A stretch of DNA of 63,513 bases from positions 75,828,001-75,891,513 of the forward strand of contig CM052816.1 of assembly GCA_028534125.1 (NCBI GenBank), in the 5' to 3' direction. This stretch comes from Lama glama. Its lineage: Eukaryota. A model generated the notes under the pieces. That model did not search any database. It was given only the letters and a program-made list of their open reading frames with translations, and was not told the origin of the DNA. This document shows, piece by piece, positions 35,178-48,249 of the stretch (position 1 is its first letter; each line of letters begins with the position of its first letter). The position numbers were made by a program, and so were the translations under genes.

Positions 35178-36699
35178 GATATAAAATATACAGCAAAGAC
35201 AACCAATAATAACCTCTAAAAATTGCTATTAAACGTTTTGATTGGAGGGCAGCTAGCAGATGTGACATGTCTTCACAGGTAGCAACAACACAAATGGTCT
35301 AATCAGGGGACCTGAAAGGTCAACTTGTCAACCAGCTTGGCCCAAGGCTTAAATTTTTTCTGATCAGAGTTACTCATAAAATTTTATGTTATTAGAGTTG
35401 GGAGAGATTTTGAAGGTCACCCGGCCCAATCAAATGTCTTTGGACAAAACGAGCCTTTAAACAAGATTATGGACATTAATATGTAGCACATCAGTGTAGC
35501 ACATTTGCTAGCTGATTTGTTTATATGTCTAATTCATTGTGACTTTGGTTGAGGACAGGATCTAGGGAAATAGAACACAGGACAGATACATCTTACGTGG
35601 GAGGGAAAAAGTAGGAAAATATTCAGAGTATAGGGTGTGTTTACACCCTATAAGGACCAGGGAATGGAGATATTCACAGTAGTCACAGGAACCACAAAGA
35701 GCTTAACATTGAGGAGGGATCCAGAACATCTGTAAAGTGTATTTTACTAAGTTTGCAATTTTGCATGAGGGATGAACCTTAGAAGTGATTTGCTCTTGCA
35801 TTCTTCCCATTAGTCAGAGAGAAGACTTCTTGGAAGAAGTGTTTCAACATCACTGGAAATGAGAAGCAGCTTTCTCATGAACTACTTAGCATAGAGACAT
35901 GCTTAATTTTGCTCCCAGGGATGGTCTTTTTCATATCCTTGTATAAATTCAAGGTTTACCTTGAATTTACAGGTAGATCATTGACTGAGTCTCACTTTTG
36001 TCTTCCGGTAATTCTTCTTCTTCATCTTCCTAGAGGAGGAGGGTGTTAACTGAGTGATATGAGATTGGGTTGTTCACTGGCCTCCCCTGGGATTTGCAGA
36101 ATGTATGGTTTTGGTGTTTCTGGTATGGCTTTGGACTGGGTTCATGCTCTGGAGTGTATGTTTATCATAATAGAGCCCAGTGAAGCACAGCCTGTTGGCC
36201 TTTGGCCCCTGGGCTTGTTGAAACACATTTCCTGTTTCATTTTGCAATTATCCTCACAAGCTGGGCTTAACAGCTTTGGTCTTCTCATTTTCTGAAAATT
36301 ATGGGAATGCTTTGAGATATCAACAAGCCTCGACATGTTCTCAAGGAAGCTTCAAGAGGAGCTGGGGTCACTGTGAAGCCAGTACATTTCTGTTGGAGAA
36401 GGAACATTCTGTAAAATAAATAATGGGCAAGGGATTTTCCCCTGAAAGTGATAAGCCAAGGACTCCCTCCGTCCTCCATCCCTGCTCCTGCCCTGGCTGC
36501 CGGTATTACTGTCCTGCCCAGTTTCTGGCCTCTCTGTCTCCTTGTTGACCAGCTCAGTGTCCGTAGCAGGACTGTTTCTGTCTGCAGTTTCTTAATGGGA
36601 TACAGTGCCTTTTCATAAAATTTGCTAGGTTCATTTTGGACCTGAGTAATTTTTTTCTTACCAGTGTACAGGCACTGAGATCCTTAAGTGTATTTATTA

Positions 36700-37302
36700 T
36701 TTATTTATTTAAATGGAAGTATAGTTGATTGACAAAATTGTGTTAGTTTCTGGTGTACAGCATAGTGATTCAGTTATACACACACATATATATTCTTTTT
36801 CATGATAGGTTGTTACAAGCTATTGAATATAGCTCCTGTGCTGTATAGTAGGACCTTGCTGTATATCTATTCTGTATATGGTAGTTTGTATCTGCTAATC
36901 CCAAACTCCCAATTTATCCCTCTCCGCCTTTCACCTTTGGTAAACGTAAGTTTGTTTTCTATATGTCTGTGAGTCTGTTTTTGTTTTGTAAATAAGTCCG
37001 TTTATATCATTTTTTAGATTCCCATGTAATTTGTCTTTGTCTGACTTCATTTAGTATGATCATCTCCAGGTACATCCATGTTGCTGCAAATGGCATTATT
37101 TCATTCCGTTTTATGGCTGAGTAGTTTTCCATTTTTTACACACACACACACACACACCCCCCATAACTTCTTATCCGATCATCTGTTGATGGACATTTAG
37201 GTTGCTTCCATGTCTTGGCTATTGTAAATAGTGCTGCTATGAACATTGGGGTGCATGTATCTTTTCAAATTAGAGTTTTCTCCAGATGTATGCCCAGGAG
37301 TG
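36700..37302 (-). mobile_element. 5'-truncated L1
   Basis: gaagtatagttgatt...ggacatttaggttgcttccatgtcttggctattgtaaatagtgctgctatgaacattgggg...tgcccaggagtg. Confidence 0.95.
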
Positions 37303-40300
37303 ATCCTGGAGTATTTAAAATGTCTTAGTATTTTGGGGCAAAATACCCAGGTCTTACCTGGTTTCTTCTCAATGCAGAAGATTTCTGGAACTTGGAGCTA
37401 TTTCATAACTCTAGGTCCCGTTTCCATTGGTGCCCTGATTATTGAATTAGATAAAGTAGCAACTATTTAATGAATTGAAAAGACAAATTTCCTGGTCCCA
37501 CATGTTATACTTGCAAAAACTTCAGATTTCTATTTCAGTGAAGCTTAGAAACACTGCTCTCATTCTATCAGTTAATTTGTGGCATTCTTGATTAACCTTC
37601 CCAGGAAAGTTGGTCACTGTTGGTGTGTACCTCTGCTGGGGGCCTATTTTTCTTCTGAAACTTCATTAAAGCACCACAGGGGTAAATCAATACCTATTCA
37701 CTTACAGTTTTAGTTTCTCATTTGTTCCACTGAGCTGATGAGATGGCTTTGTAACCCATTTAGCACTATCCGAAAGGACACCTCTGGCTAGGGATGTTCC
37801 TGGCTGTTTGCAGTATCTATAAATTTGCCTTTTTTTCTCATTTACCCTCCCTTTCCCTTTCTGCTTCCTGGAGGATAGGTTTTCTCAGAGATCTTCTTAT
37901 CTGGTCAATGCCAGATTTAGCTGGTCATCAGAAAGCAGTATCTTTTAGAGTTCTGCACCTCAGAGAGATGTCAGTGACTATAAAACAGTTTAGCCAAAGG
38001 ACCAAGACTTATCAGGTTCTACCCTTCAGGTGCTGCAGGAATCTGCCAGCATGGGCCTGAAATTGGTGTTTTCCCACATGGCCTCATTTACATGGATCTA
38101 TGTAGGCTTGGAAGGGAGGGGTGGGGCATACATGGAATGACTGGGATCTCCCATATTTTCCATAAGGGGAAAGTGAGAGATGGGGTAACTCCTCCCACCC
38201 GCAGCTCAGCCTCCAGATCTGGAGTCCCTTGTTACCAGAGATCAGATTTCAGGGACATCCTTCAGAGAGCAGCAATTTTCCCACAGTTAGTAGAGACCCC
38301 AGGAACAAGCTAGGACAAGAGGACAAGTTGTCAGTTGATTTTGCTCAAACTCAGACTGCTTTAGCTGTGTTGGGGAAAGAGAGCGGTTTTTCCTGAAGGC
38401 ATTTCTGGAAGTGTTTACAGGCTGAGGTGGGTGCGGAGGGACAAGTAGCTCTTCCCCTGGAATAACTTGTGAGTTTCTGGTTGGTGATTTGCAGGGGGAG
38501 ATGGAGGTGGTGAGGAGCTATGCAATCAGTCATGTCATCAGTGGGTCTAGATGAAGAGAGAGACAGGAGAAGAGAGCAGAGGAGGGAGAAGGAAGGGGAG
38601 AGACTTGGGTAATGGAGGTTTTCTGTGGGGGGAGAGGTAGAAGACAGGATAAGGAGGCTAAAGACAGATCTTGGAGGGACTTCTGCTCTTGATGGCATCT
38701 TTATCAACCCATCTTCTACAGTCAAGTGTGTTACATGTAGAACAATCTTCTTTCAAACTCAGGAGAAACACATCTAGGTTTTGACATGCACATATTGTCT
38801 TTCCTTTCACTTCTGGGATGTATTTTTTGAATAAACTCATCAAAAGAATTGGCTGTATTGCCGACTCAATATCCTCACTTCCCAGTCTCCCTTAAAGCTA
38901 CTGTAGTTAGAATTCCTTCCCCTCCTCACGGCTTAGACATTGGCCTTGCTCTTTTTGGACATAATATGCTAACTAGCAGAGGATCAGTTGTCAATCAAGA
39001 CATGGATAGTAGAAGGGCTTAGAGAAGCCACCCTTGGAGAGTGGCCCTTTCTGATATAATGCTAGCTGGCATCTCTGGCCTATGCATTCTTGAAAGAATG
39101 TTGCTGAATATCTTTAGAATTAAAGTTTGAGCTAATCAGTACCTACATAATTTCACAATAATGATATTGAAGTATTTTAAGGAAATTGACAATCACTGTA
39201 ACAGACTCACATGTCTGCCACTCCCCACTAGAAATAACTACTCTTAGCTATATACTTTGACACATGCCTTAATATTTCTGCATAAAAGTAATTTAATCAT
39301 AATAAGAAAGTTAAATGAATTATGAAACAAACATCTATATAAAGAACAAACTCCGGTATATAAAAAACCAAACAAGAATATAAATCATCATAAAGCCAAG
39401 AAACAGACATTTCTGGCATCTTCCTAAATGACCTCACCTAATCTCACCCTCCTTCTTCCTCCCACAGATAAGTATCCTGACAAGGGTAATGAGGGATTCA
39501 CGCCCCTGCTTTTCACTGTAGTTTTACCTCCTAATAATGTAGCCCTAAACAAGATAGTTTTAGTTTGCCTTAAAGTTTGAGGGGCTAAAAAAGAGAGATT
39601 TTAACAAAATGATCTGTGAGAGGAGTTTAAATGAGTTACTTTCTCCTACTCCCTCAAACTAACCTCACAAATTAACTTAAGCTGTGTGTGCCCCCATTAA
39701 TCAGAAATGGCTCCCTTTTTCATTAAGTTCGCAGATGGTCCATTTATACCATAATCATCCAAGGAAGGAATTCCTTATTTGCTGGCCCATTAATCAGTGC
39801 TTTTGTATAGAACTTTCCTCCTCCCGACACGTAGGCTTTCTCAGAATGCATTTCCTTACCCACCCAGCAAGCAAGTCTTTGATAGTTATAGTGGGTCTTT
39901 AGAAACTATTGTTTTATCTTCTAAACTTGAGGCCCCTTGTTGTGCTTAATTAGTGCTAGTTTCTTTGTGGATGTTGATGAGACTTAGTTTGTAGGAGGTG
40001 ATTTTTGATTGTTAGAAAACAGGAAATAACTTTCGGTGAGAAAGGAACACCAGTCCTCAGCATCAGGGTCCACCAAAGATGGGTGTGTTGGTGTTTGTCA
40101 TGTGTTGTAGAACATACATTTTGATCAGCCCGTCTAGACTGTCCTAATCCATTAGCAAGGAGGAAAGGTGTGATCCATGTTTATAGATCACTTCTGTCTA
40201 AGTTTTTAACTTCTCATTTCCAGTACTTAAACTTATTTCCATTCCTCCTAATGACCTTTATGTTCCAGGACCCGGAGGCATTTTAAGATTCCCACAATTG

Positions 40301-40484
40301 AGAGGTGAAATAAACTTTTCATAGACCTGAGGATAGATTAACTCCCGACCCTCTTCTCACCCCAACACATACACACACCCTTTCCCCCTTAGTTGGGACC
40401 ATGGAGGCACCAATAATTGGTTTCCACCCTAACTAGACAGTTGAAACAATACAGAGATGAAGTTGGACTTGATTTCCCCATTAA

Positions 40485-40745
40485 TAAGTAATAATGTGAA
40501 CACCTATCGAGTGCTTACTAAGTATCAGAAGAATGTTGAGTACTTCACATACAGCGTCTCATTCAGTCCTCATGGTAACCTTGGGAGGCAGATACTGAGA
40601 TATCATCAGTCTCATTTTACAGATAGGAGACTAACCTTGAGATGCTACGTAGTTTCTCCAAGATTTGTATTTAGTTAGTGGTGGACCCAGAATTGAATCC
40701 AGGTTTGACTCAAAGGTGTATGCTCTTAATAACCATTATTGCACT
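40485..40745 (-). mobile_element. MIR SINE
   Basis: gagtgcttacta...ctcattcagtcctcatggtaaccttgggagg...ctcattttacagataggagact...tgctcttaataacc. Confidence 0.8.
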
Positions 40746-41239
40746 CTATTTCCATGTCCCATGGGAGTGGTCAAAGTACAGCTCTAGGAAACCCAGTTGT
40801 TCTTTTCTGTGGCTCAGGGAATGAGTCAGGGTTCCACTGTGAAACTGTGAAACTGGCCAACTCTGTGGCCTGGAGTTTATTATGAAGAGCAAAGATGTGG
40901 TTGAGTCCTTTTCTCTCATTTTGGATGATCCATTACATGTTCTTTTTAGGTATCAGAGAATCCTTAGTCCAGCCTTGCAAATTCATGGAGCAAACGTATT
41001 GCCTACATTTGCCCCTGGCTTGATATAAGGAACTTTGATTAGTGCATAAAATCTTACAAGTTCCTGGAATATCATCTGATTTTATGTCATTCTATAACAA
41101 AATATTCTTCCCATGGGCTGAATATATTATTTTAAAAAACTCAACAAACACAAAAGAATGCACCCCACTATTAGTAATCTGTAATTGTGTGCCTTCATTT
41201 ATCAATTTCAAGTAACTAAGAGTTTGTTGGAGGTCTCAT

Positions 41240-41450
41240 AGTAAAAGAGAAATAAGGTAGATGAAATAGTCCTCAATTTGAATCCCAACTCTGTCTTTTA
41301 CTTGCTCTGTGACCTCAAGCAGTTTAGTTAACCTGCCTGGACCTTAATTTTGTTTCCTTTTAAAGGGACTATATATTAACAATTATCTTGCAGGGTTCTT
41401 GTAAGAACTGAAGGAATCTAGCATGGTGCTTGACATGCTCTATATACTCC
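41240..41450 (+). mobile_element. MIR SINE
   Basis: tttgaatcccaactctgtcttttacttgctctgtgacctcaagcag...ttaacctgcctggacctt. Confidence 0.75.
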
Positions 41451-41772
41451 ACAGATTCTCCTCTAAGCCCTGGTCAATTTTCAAGAGTCTTATACTTGTT
41501 TAAAATAAGTTATTGTAAAGGAACCCTCCTACACTGTTGGTGGGAATGTAAATTGGTGCAGTCACTATAGAACAGTATGGAGGTTCATTAAAAAGCTATA
41601 ATAGACTTACCATATGATACAGCAATCCCACTCCCAGGCATATATCCAGAGAAAACTCTAACTCGAAAAGATATATGCACCCCAATGTTCATAGTAGCAC
41701 TATTTACAATAGGCAAGACATGGAAGCAACCTAAACGTCAATTGACAGGTGAATGCATAAAGAAGATGTGAG

Positions 41773-41774
<2 letters not shown>

Positions 41775-41819
<45 letters not shown>
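41775..41819. repeat. (AC)n microsatellite inside L1
   Basis: Uninterrupted AC run of about 22 units. Confidence 0.95.
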
Positions 41820-41821
<2 letters not shown>

Positions 41822-42187
41822 AATATTACTCAGTCATAAAAAAAAGAATGAAATAATGTCATTTGCAGTAACATAGTTGGAGCTAGAAATTATCATATTA
41901 AGTAAAGTAAGTTAAAAACAAATATCATATGATATCATACATATGTGGAATCTAAAAAATGATACAAATGAATTTATTTACAAACCAGAAATAGACTTAC
42001 AAATGTAGAAAACAAACTATGGTTACCGAAGGGAAAAGGGGTGGGGGGGAGATAAATCAAGAGTTTGAGATTAACATGTATACACTATTATATATAAATT
42101 AGATAAACAACAAGGACCTATTGCATAGCACAGGGTACTATATTCAGTATCTTGTAATAACCTATAATGGAAAAAATCTGAAAAAGA

Positions 42188-42190
<3 letters not shown>

Positions 42191-42228
<38 letters not shown>
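42191..42228. repeat. (TA)n microsatellite inside L1 3'UTR
   Basis: Uninterrupted TA run of about 19 units. Confidence 0.95.
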
Positions 42229-42235
<7 letters not shown>

Positions 42236-42404
42236 TATATATATAATTGAATCACTTTGCTGCACACCTGAAACTAACACAACATTGTAAATCAGCTATA
42301 TTTCAATAAATTTTTTTAAATTGAAAAAATAAATTACTATGATTTTTATTAAATAGAATTATAGAATCTGAACGGTTGGAAAGAAACTTACAGATCACCA
42401 AATG

Positions 42405-42868
42405 CAGCTTTCCAAAATTATCTTGTGTCAACATCACAGGAAGAATTTTAAAATATGCAAATTTCCAAACTTTAGTGCCAAAAGATACTAATTTAGTAGG
42501 TTTGAGGTGGAGAGTAGGAGATCTGATCTTTAAAAAGTTCTACTGATAATGATGGATAATGTGTTTATACATTTGTCAAAACCTGTAAAATGTACAAAAC
42601 TTAGAGTAAACTCTAATGTAAACTTGGACTTCTGGGAACAATGAAGCATTAACGTAGACCTATCAACTCTAACAAATGTACCACACTTGTCCCGGATTTT
42701 GATAGTAGGGGAGGCTCCTCATGTGAAGTTAGGGAGTGTATGAATAGTCTCTGTATTTTCTACTCAATTTTGCTGTGAATCTAAAACTGCTCAAAAAAAT
42801 AAAAGTCTGTTTTTTAAAAAAGTTCCATTGAGGACTCAGATGAACATTTAGGTTTGGAAGCATGAGCC
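42405..42868. mobile_element. MER5-like hAT MITE inserted in the L3 and split by an L1
   Basis: cagctttccaaaatt...atcacaggaagaattttaaaatatgcaaatttcc...aaaagttc, L1 insert, then ggactcagatgaacatttaggtttggaagcatg. Confidence 0.6.
42547..42816 (+). mobile_element. L1MC-type 3' end
   Basis: tatacatttgtcaaaacc...aacaaatgtaccacac...ctcaattttgctgtgaatctaaaactgctc. TSD aaaaagttctactga (42532-42546) and aaaaagttccattga (42817-42831). Confidence 0.85.
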
Positions 42869-44994
42869 CTCTAATTCACTATCCAGAGGAGAAGCACCTG
42901 CAGCTGTTGCACTCTTTGTAGAGTCATTGCTTCTTCCTGTGCTTCTTCCGGAAGCTCACTGTCGTACAAAGCCAGTTCCACTGTTGGGCGGCACCGGGAT
43001 TCAAAAGCTCTTCCTTTTACGGAATTGACGTCAGCTTCATTGTTAACTTCCAATCACTGTGCATGATTCCTTCCACTGGAACTACCTGGAATAAATCTAG
43101 TCGGTTTCCCACATGAAGCTGCATCGTATGTTTGAAAGCAGTGCTCATATTCCTTCTGTCCCCACCCCATCTCAAGTCTTCGCCTTTCAAGGCTAAAGAT
43201 GCCTTGAACTTCAGTGATTCTTCCTCTGATATAATTTCCAGGCACTTCCCACTCCTGGCTAGTAGCTTTTCTTGGTTATTTCCAATTTGAAAATATTAAC
43301 GAGGCAGCTGACATAGGAAGCAACCTATCAGAATGGAGACCTGGGCTGTGCCTGGTAGTAACTCTTTGGTTCCTGGGGCAGGAGTGAGGTCCTGGGGGAG
43401 GGGCCGAAATGACTAGAGGCTCTAAGAAGCAGCTATTTACCAACTGGTACTAAAAGTATTTCAGTATTTTAACAGTCAGTCTGGCCATAGTGGTGCACAC
43501 TTGTTATCAGTCTTGTCAACCTCCCTCTTATAACATAACCCAGTATTGAATACAGTTCTCCAGAAGTGGTCTGAGGCACAGAGTAGAGTGGGACTGTCAG
43601 TTTCCAGACATCTGCATCTGTGTGTCTGGAAATACTTTCAGCTAAGAGCTGTGAAACCATTTTTATTGCACCTGTTTATTGTAGTTTTTGCATTTAACTT
43701 TTGAATCTGAATGTGGGTTCATTTATCATGAGATTTATGATTCATTTCTTGCTGCCTATTTTGGACTCTTGGGTTGGTTTAGGCAACGTGAGCACCTACC
43801 TTATGACTTCATCCTGTCTGCAGCTGATGGCTTTTGACATAGTTATTGATGACAAGGTTGCAAGAGGTAGGACTGGAGGGATGAGTCAGGAGCACATACT
43901 AGAGACTTCTCTGCAGCAAGTGTTCTCGCCATTCGTTCTGACATGGCTGTACTTGAGGATCACAGTAGAACTAGAAAAAGAAAACACATGTCTTTTAGGT
44001 GTCCCTCAACTACCTCAGGTTTGAAGGCCCTAAATTAAGCTGATTACTACTCATAGGAACAAACTGAGGGGGTTCAGATAAATCTGGGTGATTTGCGCAA
44101 TTGTCTCAAACTTATAACAAACTCTTTCACACTGAGGTTTGCAGGAATGGAGTTGAGTTTGTTTTTCTTCTCTTCTGTTTTTAACCCCCCCCCCACAATT
44201 TTCCATTAGAATAGTTTCTATAAATGAATTTTATCTTTTACTGAGTGCCTACTTGCCAGGGCAGGTAGCCACTGGCTTTGCTTTCTTCCAACAGTACTTT
44301 TATTCTGGTATTAAGACTTTTCTTTGAATAATATGATGTATCTGTGTTTTCAATTTTTAATTAAATATTTCAATCTGGCAAAAAAAAAAAAAAGGAAAAA
44401 GGAAAAGAAAAAAGATACCTGGACTTTATCTTAATCCTCTTAAATCAGCATCTCCAGGGTGTCAGTTTTTACAAAGTTCCCCAGAAATGGTGACAATATG
44501 GTCAGGTTTAGAGACCATAACTTTCATGGATTCTCTTGGCTGCCCTCAGGCTCATCAGTAGAGCATGAGACTTAATATATGCTCTTTAGATCCTAATTAG
44601 GAATGCCCTTACTGAATAGATTTTTACTCCTTTTCACTAAATTTTATTAAACCTAATACCTTTAAAAATCATCTTTATGCACTATTTCTAAAATAATGTT
44701 ACTGTGAGTATTCTTTCTAACTTTGAGTCATGACTTTCCCTTGAGGGGAATTTTTCTAATAAGAAAATGGAAGCAGTTAAGGGACTTGTTTTTGTTCATT
44801 TTAGCATGTTCTATAATTTTTTTCTTCTCTTCAAGGTCTCTGTTCAACCAATTTATTTTAATGTGGTTTGTCTGAGTCCACAGACTTCTTCTTTGAAAAT
44901 TTCACCACAATAATTCCAAAAGAATTGTCTTCATCTTGGGTTGTCTTTTCCTGCCCTACCCCAAAGGAGTAGGCTGATGATGTATTGATTTTAT

Positions 44995-45220
44995 TTTATA
45001 TGTTTAGCAAACACTTAGAGCTTACCATGTGACAGATATTCTTCTAAGAGGTTTATACCTATTAACTCATAATTTTTGTAACAACTCTACAAGGTAGTAT
45101 TATTACTCTTATTTCTCAGATGAGGAAACTGAGGCAACAAGTGGTTAAATAAATCACTAAAGTTTGTGTATCAACAGAGAATCAATCTGGTTCCAAAATT
45201 CATGCTCTTAGCCACCACCA
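44995..45220 (-). mobile_element. MIR SINE
   Basis: acaactctacaaggtagtattattac...cagatgaggaaactgaggcaacaagtggttaa...catgctcttagccac. Confidence 0.85.
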
Positions 45221-48200
45221 AATATAGAAAATGATAGTAATATATCTAAAGTGGTTTTTAATTTGGCATTTGTCCTTTTTTGGTGGTGGTGGTGGGGAAT
45301 ATGACCAATGTGACAAATGTTACTTAAATGAACCAAAAGTAAAAGGAGTAGTGGTTACAATCTGGGCTGTTCATTTTTCATTTACATAAATTCATAAGTT
45401 CTAGACATCGAATTCCACATAGAAAATGCTTTATTTTTACAAGTTTTCTATAGCTCTATAATGTTAAAAATGTGTTTTTGAATGAACAAGGGAGAATGGG
45501 AAATATATGTATTTTGTTCTTTATGCCTGCAATATAATGAAAAAAACAACTGACAAGGGAACAATCTGGACTTCCAGAATGTGGCTTCTGACCTTGCCCT
45601 TAATTGTACCTGTTTCCTAGGTTCATTTATTTTACGTCTGTTACTTGGCCATTTATTCTTTCTTTTACTTACTCAACAAATATTTTTTGAGAACAAATCA
45701 TATGCTAGACTCTGGTGGATAGTAACCTGAAAAATCTAGATTCCTGCCCTCATGGAACTTAGGATCTAGTGGAAGAAAGAACATCATCAATCAAAATGTA
45801 ATGTCTAACCAAACTGTACAATTTGCACCATCCTAGAAGTTATTATGGTGAATTATAAATGTCCAATTAGCAGTTTGTCACTGTTTTAATTCTAAGATAT
45901 TTGAGGGCAGTTTCTAGGTTTCTTCTCTGTGTTCCCAGCGCTTGCTAATTTTGACTTCCATTTACTGCTGAATTATGTGGTTTTGTTTTTTAAACACCTT
46001 TATTGTGATATGATTTCTGTACATTAAACTACTGAATTATATATTAAATTAGTGACTGGATTTGCTCCTTTAAAAATATGAATCTACAATGATTGGGCTA
46101 TAGTGATTCTAATCTTGTCTTTATATTTCGGAATGTGGAAAGATACTGTTAATTCTGGTAGCAATTCAGAAACATTCTATGGGCTTAATTAATGAATGAA
46201 AAGGTGGTGAACCAGAATTTGAAATTTTACCCATATCTTTTTCTAACTTAAAGAACAATATGGAAGAGAGAGGAAATCTCTCAATAGTCAGAGAGCTCTT
46301 TAAATTCCTGAGCTCACAGAAACTTTAAAGATCACCCAGTTCAGCCTCCACACATCATTGAAGAACTTGAGAGCCGGAGTGGGTAATTAACCAAGACCAC
46401 ACAGCTATTAGCAGAGCTACAGCCAGAAACTGGGTTATGTATAGTCTTCTTTAAAATGAAACAAAAGGAAAAACATCATAATGCTTAGTTTTTCATTTTA
46501 AAAAGGAAGACTGTGTATTTATTTTCCCATCTCATAAGAATTTTATTGATCTGTTGGTTGATAGACTGAAATGAACCATCATTCTTCTTACTTAATGACA
46601 AAACTATGAACACAGATTGTTCATGAAGATTAATTGTTTTGTTCATTCTGTTCTTCCTTCTTGAATGACTAGTCCAGAAGCCCTTAGAGTAAGTTTACGG
46701 AGATTGTGGTCAATAGGGAGGTCTCTGGATTCCAAGGCAGATTGCACAGGGGGACTAAAAGACAGGTTCAGATCTGCTGAAAGGAACAGCAAAAGGGTCA
46801 ACTGATTGGGTTTCCCTAGAAAATAAACTGAGTGGGATTGTAAATATACGCAAATAACAAAATGCATTTTTTCAGCAATGAAGAAGTGAAACTAAGCCAT
46901 TCTCTGTTTCTCTCTGCTCTATAGTTTCTATCTTTTCCGTAAATCTAGATGAAATTGATTCTTAGACACCCGTGTGTTAAGTCATTTCTGTACCTTATTT
47001 GTGAGATGGTAAATTACTGAGCCCAAGAACTGGGTTTCTTTTTTTCCAGTTTTCATTCCTTGTTTTCATGGATTCATTCATTCATTCATTTTCTCTGTAT
47101 TTAGGGATATCTTGAGTATATGTGTGCCTCTGTATTATGCCTGATCAGGACACAAATGTGAGAATTAACATTGACAAGATTTGGTTTATTTGGCTTAGCA
47201 GCACCAAGAAGTGTCATGACACAGCCCTGCTGTACTTCCTGATGTCACCACAAAGGTTGTGGCATTTGAAAACACAATTTTCTTTAAAACTTATTACAGT
47301 CATATCAGCCAGTGACTAATATAAACATTTTGGAAATTTTCCTATTTTTAATTTTATACTATTTTTGAGGTAATGTTTACAAATCTTAGACTACTGTGTT
47401 GTAAATATACCTCTTTCAAGTTTGATGTTTTAATTCAAGCTTTGGGGTATTTCGTGACAAGATGCATATTCACCCAGTTCAATGTCTGAGAAATTAGGTC
47501 AGTGGTTCTCAAATGTAGTCTGAGGATTCCCTGGATAGGTATGGGATGGTGTTAAGTAGTTTAGAATTACTGCACAGGAGCTGCAATTTCATATGTCTGC
47601 CCAAACATTGTCTCTGATGGGGTAAATAATTTAATTTTACACATAAATGCACATACATCAAGAACATGTGGATATTACTGAGATTAATAAATGCAAGTTA
47701 ATTTTTAAGAAGATTCAACTTGTGAATGCTTCTTGTCATAATGTATTTTCCCAATCAAAAATTATTAAATGTTTAAACACTATCATGTTTGTTCTCAAAT
47801 ATTTTTGTATATAAAATATTAAATATATTAAATATTTTAATCTATTAATAGTAAATGGTTTTTAATACTCAGAAAGACCAGAAGCCACTAAAATAAAACC
47901 TGTTGCTCGATAGGCTTTGTTTTTTCTTGGCAAAAAGTTCAGAACTTGTTTTTCTGTACTCTTATGATGTGCTTTCCTTCTGTTCCAGTAGTTGGTAGCT
48001 CATGTCTTCTGTGCTTTTCCCAATACTGTTATGTCTTTCTTTAGGTAAAGTTATAGAAATTTCACAGAATGTTTCTTGTTGTCATACAGAGGTTGAGATA
48101 ATAATGTGCTGTTTTATGTCCATTGCTTTTTTTCTGATTATACTAAAAATTTTCTGGACTTTTCTGGCCACAGCTACTTGCTGGCCCTGTCTTCCATGAA

Positions 48201-48249
48201 ACTGAAGTTACAATTCCATGAATTGGCTTTGCACTTTGAAACTAGGGGA

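Larger units (their letters stand above)
41517..42325 (+). mobile_element. 5'-truncated L1 (ORF2 end plus 3'UTR)
   Basis: aaaggaaccctcctacactgttggtgggaatgtaaattgg...ctatatttcaataaa. Degenerate TSD aaaataagttattgt (41502-41516) and aaaataaattactat (42326-42340). Confidence 0.95.
42353..43930 (-). mobile_element. Ancient CR1/L3 LINE remnant
   Basis: Tail atagaattatagaatctgaacggttggaaag. Minus-strand translations GIFSLERRRL (43054..43245) and VPLYS (43469..43660) match CR1 ORF2 GLFSLEKRRL and VPLYSALVRPHLEY. Degenerate RT-like segment near 43830-43915. Confidence 0.8.

Noticed and set aside
38351..38725. 124-aa Ser/Leu/Pro-rich minus-strand ORF over a purine-rich block
   Set aside because: Composition reflects a GA-rich tract, probably decayed L2, not coding signal.
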